Below are positions 59,520 through 64,000 of a stretch of 64,000 bases of DNA, one piece after another. Each line of letters begins with the position of its first letter. The first letter of the stretch is position 1. This DNA comes from Chloroflexota bacterium (lineage in GTDB: Bacteria; Chloroflexota; Anaerolineae; Anaerolineales; UBA4823), in NCBI GenBank assembly GCA_040752025.1, contig JBFMFR010000019.1, forward strand, positions 1 to 64,000. The letters are read 5' to 3'. The notes beneath the pieces were generated by a model. That model was not told the DNA's origin, made no database searches, and saw only the letters and a program-made list of their open reading frames with translations. Position numbers and translations under genes: made by a program.

Positions 59520-60628
59520 CCCAGTACGATTACAGTGGTTCCGTTGCCGGTCTTTTCCCAGTCGCGGTCGCTCTCTACTGCCGTTGGGTCGAAAAACGGC
59601 GTCGTCCAGCGGAACAGCCACTTGGCGTCTTCGTTGCGCATGTTGACGCAGCCGTGGCTCATCTGCAAGCCGAAGTTGTTGTGCCAGTAGGTGCCATGCA
59701 ATGCATATCCGCCTGGGCTGCGGAAGAAGCACGTCCAGGGCACGCCCGGCAGGCTGAAGCCGCCGTTCTCCTCCACCTCGGCCCCGCCCGCCACGCTGCC
59801 CATGTGCTTGGAAGGCATCTTCGAATAGATCTTGAAGCGCCCCTCCGGCGTCGCCGTGGGCAGTTCGTCGCGATCCAGGCGGTTGTTGGGGATGCCCGAT
59901 GAGATGCGCGCCTCGTAAGCCAGCACGTCATCCTCGTACGCCCGCAGCGTCTGCTCCGGCAAGGATACTTCGATGCGTTTCTTCTCGGCCGGTACGTTGG
60001 TCGCCAGCGGCGCGTACTCCTGCGGCGGGATCAGGCGCAGGTGCTGCGCCGGGATGTAGTACACCTCCGTCTCGCTCAGTTCACTGACGATCTTATACCA
60101 GGCCTTGCCATCTGGGCCTGTCTCCACGCCAGTAGCCCAGTGCGTCGAAGAATAATACAGCCGCGAGCCGCGCCAGGGGATCCAGCCCTGGATCTTGTTG
60201 AGTTGGTAAGCTTCCGTAAACGGCACTGTCACCTCGCACAGCGTGCCGCCTTCCGGCAGCCAGTTTTTCTCTTTATTCAGGCGTACCTGCACCATCTGCA
60301 AATGAGCGCTGTGCATATACCCCCCCCACACACGGTACCACAGCGTATTGTAGAAGCGCGGCGCGTCTGGCGGGCGCAATTCCTCATACACATGGATCAA
60401 CTGGTCACGGAAGCGGTTGCCCACGATCGGGGCTTCGTCGTTCGGGCGCGAGCGCACATCCACTTGCTTGCTCGCCACGCGTGCCAGCAGCCCTTGATCC
60501 TGTTCCACCCAACGCGAGAAATAAGGACGATAGCCCGGCACTCCAGGAGCCAACTTCCTCGAAGCCAAACCGCCCAGGGCCAGCCCTCCCAGCTTCAGCA
60601 AATCTCGCCGATTAAATCTGGATCGCAT
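59516..60628 (-). CDS. Tat-exported L,D-transpeptidase (YkuD domain), copy A
   Basis: Twin-arginine signal MRSRFNRRDLLKLGGLALGGLAS. Catalytic HGTYWHNNFGLQMSHGCVNMRNEDAKWLFRW. Paralog of copy B. Confidence 0.75.
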   Translation of the reverse strand: MRSRFNRRDLLKLGGLALGGLASRKLAPGVPGYRPYFSRWVEQDQGLLARVASKQVDVRSRPNDEAPIVGNRFRDQLIHVYEELRPPDAPRFYNTLWYRVWGGYMHSAHLQMVQVRLNKEKNWLPEGGTLCEVTVPFTEAYQLNKIQGWIPWRGSRLYYSSTHWATGVETGPDGKAWYKIVSELSETEVYYIPAQHLRLIPPQEYAPLATNVPAEKKRIEVSLPEQTLRAYEDDVLAYEARISSGIPNNRLDRDELPTATPEGRFKIYSKMPSKHMGSVAGGAEVEENGGFSLPGVPWTCFFRSPGGYALHGTYWHNNFGLQMSHGCVNMRNEDAKWLFRWTTPFFDPTAVESDRDWEKTGNGTTVIVLG

Positions 60629-60640
60629 CCCGTCTTGCCC

Positions 60641-61681
60641 TCACGACTGCAGCGCCTGCGACTTATATCGGCGCAGTGCATCAAAACCGACCAACCGCCG
60701 GGCGGTCTCGTCCCACAAATGCAGGCGCATCGACTTCAGGCTGCTCCACAGCGTCAGCGGGCGCACCTGAAAAGCCGCGTTCTCCCGGTGACATTTGGGC
60801 AGGTTGTAATTGGGGATTTTCGGGCTCAAATGGTGAATGTGATGGAAGCCGATATTTCCACTGAACCACTGCAACACCGCCGGCAGCTTGTAAAACGAGC
60901 TGCCCTGCAAACCTGCGCGCACGAAGCTCCAGTTCTCTTTGCGTTCCCAGTAAGCTTCCTCGAACTGGTGCTGCACGTAGAACAGCCACACCCCCACACC
61001 GCAGGCCAGCACAATGATCGGGGTAAACACCAGCAAGAAGGCCTTCAGGCCCACCAGCCAGCTCATCCCCGCCACGATCGCCGCCAGCGCCAGGTTGGTG
61101 TAAACCACGCTCAGCCGCTCCTCCCGCCCCGCCTTCGGTGTCCAGAAACGGTGAGAGACCACGAACACGAAAGTCGCCCCGATCGTCAGCAAGAACAACG
61201 GGTGGCGCATGATCCGGTATCCCGCTCGCTTCCACCACGGAGAAGCCAGGTATTCCTGCACAGTCAGCGTAAACACATCCCCCACGCCCCGCCGGTCCAG
61301 GTTGCCCGCCGTAGCGTGGTGCACGGCGTGGTCGTGCCGCCACTGGGCGTAAGGCGTCAGCATCAGCACACCCAGGAAGAACCCCAGGGAGTCGTTAGCC
61401 TTGCGCGACTTAAAAAACGAGCCGTGACAGCAATCGTGAAAGATGATGAACCCCCGCATCATGAAGCCCGCCGCCGGGATCGCCAGCGCCAGCGTCAGCC
61501 AGTAAGAAACCTGCAGGCTCCACAGCATCATCGCCCACAGCGCAAAATAAGGCAGCAGCGTATTCGCCACCTGCCACAAACTGCGCCTCAGGTCAGGCCG
61601 CGCGTAAGCCGCTACCAGTTTTTGCCAGTTCAGTTTTTCGAAATCCGTTCCTACACTCATTTCATCGCCTCTTTCAGCCAA
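60641..61681 (-). CDS. Membrane fatty-acid (acyl-lipid) desaturase
   Basis: Three His boxes HDCCH, HDHAVHH, HHIHH in canonical order and spacing. 4 TM segments. Confidence 0.85.
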   Translation of the reverse strand: MAERGDEMSVGTDFEKLNWQKLVAAYARPDLRRSLWQVANTLLPYFALWAMMLWSLQVSYWLTLALAIPAAGFMMRGFIIFHDCCHGSFFKSRKANDSLGFFLGVLMLTPYAQWRHDHAVHHATAGNLDRRGVGDVFTLTVQEYLASPWWKRAGYRIMRHPLFLLTIGATFVFVVSHRFWTPKAGREERLSVVYTNLALAAIVAGMSWLVGLKAFLLVFTPIIVLACGVGVWLFYVQHQFEEAYWERKENWSFVRAGLQGSSFYKLPAVLQWFSGNIGFHHIHHLSPKIPNYNLPKCHRENAAFQVRPLTLWSSLKSMRLHLWDETARRLVGFDALRRYKSQALQS

Positions 61682-61769
61682 TTCTCAAAGGGATTATATC
61701 AAATTCTGTCACTTGCCGATATAATGGGAAAATGAGCATTGACATCCTGAGCACCCCACAAGGAGCACC

Positions 61770-64000
61770 ATGCGCATCACCTTCCTCGGCGGCGCCGACG
61801 AAGTCGGCGGCAGCAGCCTCCTGATCGAAATCGCCGGCCGGCGTCTGCTGGTTGACGCCGGCATCCGCCCCTCGCCCAAAGCGCGCTGGGGCCTGGGCGG
61901 CGACCAACTGCCCCATTTCAGCCTCATCGAGCAGGCCGGCGGCCTGGACGCCGTCCTGGTCACCCACGCCCACGCCGACCACACCGGCGCCCTGGAATTG
62001 ATCGCCGAGCGCTACCCGCACATCCCCTTCTACGCCACCCCCGTCACCATCGCCCTGGCGCGCGTCCTGCACCAGGACTCGCGCCGCATCATGCAAACCC
62101 GCCTGGACGAAGAAGGCGAGCTGCCCCTGTTCGACGACGTGGCCGTCAGCCGCCTGTTTGCCTCCTTCGTGCCGGTCTCCTTCCTCACCCGCCTGCCCCT
62201 GGGCGAGGGCCTGGTCGCCACCTTCTACCCTGCCGGGCACATCGCCGGCGCCGCCATGCTCGGCCTGCACAGCGAAGAAGGCCGCATTTTGATCAGCGGC
62301 GACCTCTCCATTTCCCCGCAGCGCACCGTCGACGGCGCCCGCCCGCCCGCCTTCCAGCCCGACGTCCTGATCCTGGAGAGCACCTACGGCGGGCGGCTGC
62401 ACGCCAACCGCGCCGTCCAGGAGCGTCTGCTCGCCAAAACCGTGGCTGAAGTTCTGCAAGGCGCAGGCAAAGTGCTCATCCCCGCCTTCGCCCTGGGCCG
62501 CGCCCAGGAAGTGCTGCTCACCCTGGGCGAGTTCCGCCGCCGCGGCGAGCTGCCCGCCGCCCCGGTGTGGGTTGATGGCATGGTGCGCGCCATCTGCCAG
62601 ACCTACACCAGCTTCGCCGCCGACCTGCCCCTGGCGCTGCAAGAACGCGGCGCGCAGTTCTACGACGAAGTCATCCGCCCCGTGCAGAGCAGCGAGCAGC
62701 GCAGCGCCATTATCTGGGAGCCTGGCCCGGCCGTCATCGTCTCCAGTTCGGGCATGCTCTCCGGCGGGCCCTCGCAGGCTTACGCCCGCGCCCTGGCCGG
62801 CAAACCCCAGCACGCCATCCTGCTCACCGGCTACCAGGATGAGGAGGCCCCTGGGCGGCGCTTGCAAGAAGTCGCCCAGCGCGGCGGCGGCTCGATCTGG
62901 CTGGGCAAGGACAAAGTCGACGTGCAGTGCCGCATCGCCGCCTATTCCCTCTCCGCCCACGCCGACGAGGGCCAGTTGCTCAGCCTGGCCGAAAGCCTCG
63001 ATCCCCAGGAAGTCGTCCTGGTGCACGGCGACCACCCCGCCCGCGCCAGCCTGGCCAAAGCCCTGGAAGCCCGCACCCGCCCCACCCACCTGCCCCACGC
63101 CGGGCAAACCCTCCAGTTCCACTTCTCCCTGCGCAAGCTGTGGCCTTCTGCCAGTTTGGGCGCTGGCCGGCCCCTCTCCCTCGAAGCCCTGTGGAAACAG
63201 GTCGCCGCCCCCGCTGGCGGCCTGTTCCTGCTGGCCGAGCTGGCCCGCCTGTGGTGGGGAGAATATACCCCCTCGCAGTTGGCCGAACTGGAGCAGGCTT
63301 TAAAGCAAGATGCCCTGTATTTCCTCCCCGATCCCTTGCGCCCCGAGCTTTACCGCGCCGCCTCGCCCGCCCAACTTGAGCGCGCCCGCCAGCGCCGGGA
63401 ACACATGCCCGCCTACCGCCAGGCCGTCGGCTGCTGGCTGGCCCTGCGCCAGCCGGGCGGCGACCCGCTCCTGGCGTGCTGCCTGGCCCTGGCCAAGGAT
63501 CACCTGCAAGTGCAGAGCGAAGACGACGCTTTGCTCCAGGCCTGGCCCGAGGATGTCCTGCAAGTCTTCGGTCCCCAACCGCCCGAGCCGCAGGTTTTAC
63601 AGCAGCTTTCCGCCCGCCAGTTCACCGGAGCCCAGGCCAGCATGGAACCCAACCAGGCCCTGGCCTTCGCCAACCAGCACTTCCCGCCCGAGGCGCGCCT
63701 GCGCCGCGCCGGTTACCGCCTGGAACAGAAGCTGCTGGTGCTCACCTTCGATTTCCCCCTCGCCGCCCGCCAGCAGTACCAGGAACACATCCACAGCCTG
63801 CAAGCCGCTACCGGCTGGCAGATCGAAATCGCCCCCGAGACCAACCAGGAAGCCCTCAAAAGCCTGGCATCCAGCCTGCTCCCCTCCGGCTGGAAGCTGC
63901 TCAAAGGCCCGGCCGTCTACCGCGAGCAGCAGCGCCTGGCCCTCACCGCCGCCCCGCCAGACCCAGCCGCCGACAACGCCAACGACAACGCCGCCGCCAT
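61770..64000 (+). CDS. Beta-CASP / metallo-beta-lactamase-fold RNA-processing-type hydrolase with a long C-terminal extension (3' partial; no stop within the window)
   Basis: MBL motifs LVTHAHADHTGAL, ..GH.., ILESTYG, then beta-CASP region ending SAHADEGQL and VVLVHGD. AAGGAG RBS. GC3 close to 90 percent; not in the ORF track because open to the window edge. Confidence 0.75.
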   Translation, partial: MRITFLGGADEVGGSSLLIEIAGRRLLVDAGIRPSPKARWGLGGDQLPHFSLIEQAGGLDAVLVTHAHADHTGALELIAERYPHIPFYATPVTIALARVLHQDSRRIMQTRLDEEGELPLFDDVAVSRLFASFVPVSFLTRLPLGEGLVATFYPAGHIAGAAMLGLHSEEGRILISGDLSISPQRTVDGARPPAFQPDVLILESTYGGRLHANRAVQERLLAKTVAEVLQGAGKVLIPAFALGRAQEVLLTLGEFRRRGELPAAPVWVDGMVRAICQTYTSFAADLPLALQERGAQFYDEVIRPVQSSEQRSAIIWEPGPAVIVSSSGMLSGGPSQAYARALAGKPQHAILLTGYQDEEAPGRRLQEVAQRGGGSIWLGKDKVDVQCRIAAYSLSAHADEGQLLSLAESLDPQEVVLVHGDHPARASLAKALEARTRPTHLPHAGQTLQFHFSLRKLWPSASLGAGRPLSLEALWKQVAAPAGGLFLLAELARLWWGEYTPSQLAELEQALKQDALYFLPDPLRPELYRAASPAQLERARQRREHMPAYRQAVGCWLALRQPGGDPLLACCLALAKDHLQVQSEDDALLQAWPEDVLQVFGPQPPEPQVLQQLSARQFTGAQASMEPNQALAFANQHFPPEARLRRAGYRLEQKLLVLTFDFPLAARQQYQEHIHSLQAATGWQIEIAPETNQEALKSLASSLLPSGWKLLKGPAVYREQQRLALTAAPPDPAADNANDNAAA

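Noticed and set aside
60681-61343. 220-aa alternative-frame ORF inside the desaturase gene
   Set aside because: Arg/Gly/Pro-rich, no motifs. The desaturase frame has all three His boxes.
61674-63122. 482-aa minus-strand ORF
   Set aside because: Artifact of roughly 70% GC. The plus strand carries a clear MBL/beta-CASP gene with RBS and motifs; the antisense product is Gly/Ala/Val/Gln low complexity.
1-64000. Search for tRNA/rRNA genes, IS elements, integrases, toxin-antitoxin or restriction/defence modules
   Set aside because: No T-loop/anticodon-arm-like segments were found in the intergenic gaps (all under 330 nt). No transposase/integrase-like ORFs or terminal inverted repeats were recognised. 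The window looks like core chromosome plus accessory metabolic/respiratory genes.

Overview
This 64 kb window is a chromosomal region from a moderately GC-rich bacterium. The gene content (Pro/Thr-rich linkers on secreted and kinase proteins, a caa3-type oxidase cluster with fused ctaA-ctaB, PknB-like kinases) looks Chloroflexota-like, but that is a guess from gene content only. The window is almost fully coding on both strands, with no rRNA, tRNA, CRISPR, transposase or integrase.

Order of content, left to right:
- 1..6890: start of a short coiled-coil gene, then a 2176-aa multi-PAS/GAF hybrid histidine kinase.
- 7215..11988: a membrane-stress module of NfeD-like protein, flotillin (SPFH), PspA, a small K+-channel-like pore protein and a second PspA, ending at a terminator.
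- 12120..16107: a divergent GroEL-like chaperonin paralog, a BNR beta-propeller protein and a GH1 beta-glucosidase.
- 16161..24949: CE7 acetyl esterase, class-V aminotransferase, a lipoprotein, class I FBPase next to a decayed LLM-oxidoreductase remnant, a GT-C glycosyltransferase, a hypothetical protein, polyprenyl synthase and a GbsR-type regulator.
- 25060..27137: a PknB-like Ser/Thr kinase followed by a secreted protein that carries a paralogous copy of the kinase's ectodomain.
- 27361..33564: a cytochrome oxidase cluster: receiver-like ORF read in-frame into coxB (subunit II), ctaD (subunit I), a subunit IV-like gene, ctaE (subunit III), sco, a hypothetical gene and surf1. A separate fused ctaA-ctaB gene at 39299 sits behind the same promoter motif as the oxidase cluster.
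- 33676..42784: a frameshifted GH-like gene, a secreted hypothetical, a 1080-aa zinc-ribbon/adenylate-cyclase/AAA/TPR protein, ctaA-ctaB and a second PknB-like kinase.
- 43046..44319: a MerB-like gene with an in-frame TGA at the catalytic cysteine position, next to a TetR regulator.
- 44505..61681: a secreted hypothetical, an ABC exporter, an amino-acid ABC importer (substrate-binding protein, permease, ATPase), MgtC/DUF4010, a polytopic membrane protein, MFS, a GMC oxidoreductase, an ACC-deaminase-family enzyme, an M28 peptidase, two tandem Tat-exported L,D-transpeptidases and a fatty-acid desaturase.
- 61770..64000: a very GC-rich beta-CASP metallo-beta-lactamase gene that runs off the window.

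Most worth a second look: the TGA-at-catalytic-Cys MerB-like gene (candidate selenoprotein, or a nonsense pseudogene); the receiver-like ORF reading in-frame into coxB behind a promoter motif repeated verbatim upstream of ctaA-ctaB; the channel-like gene between two pspA genes; and the kinase with a secreted copy of its own sensor domain.
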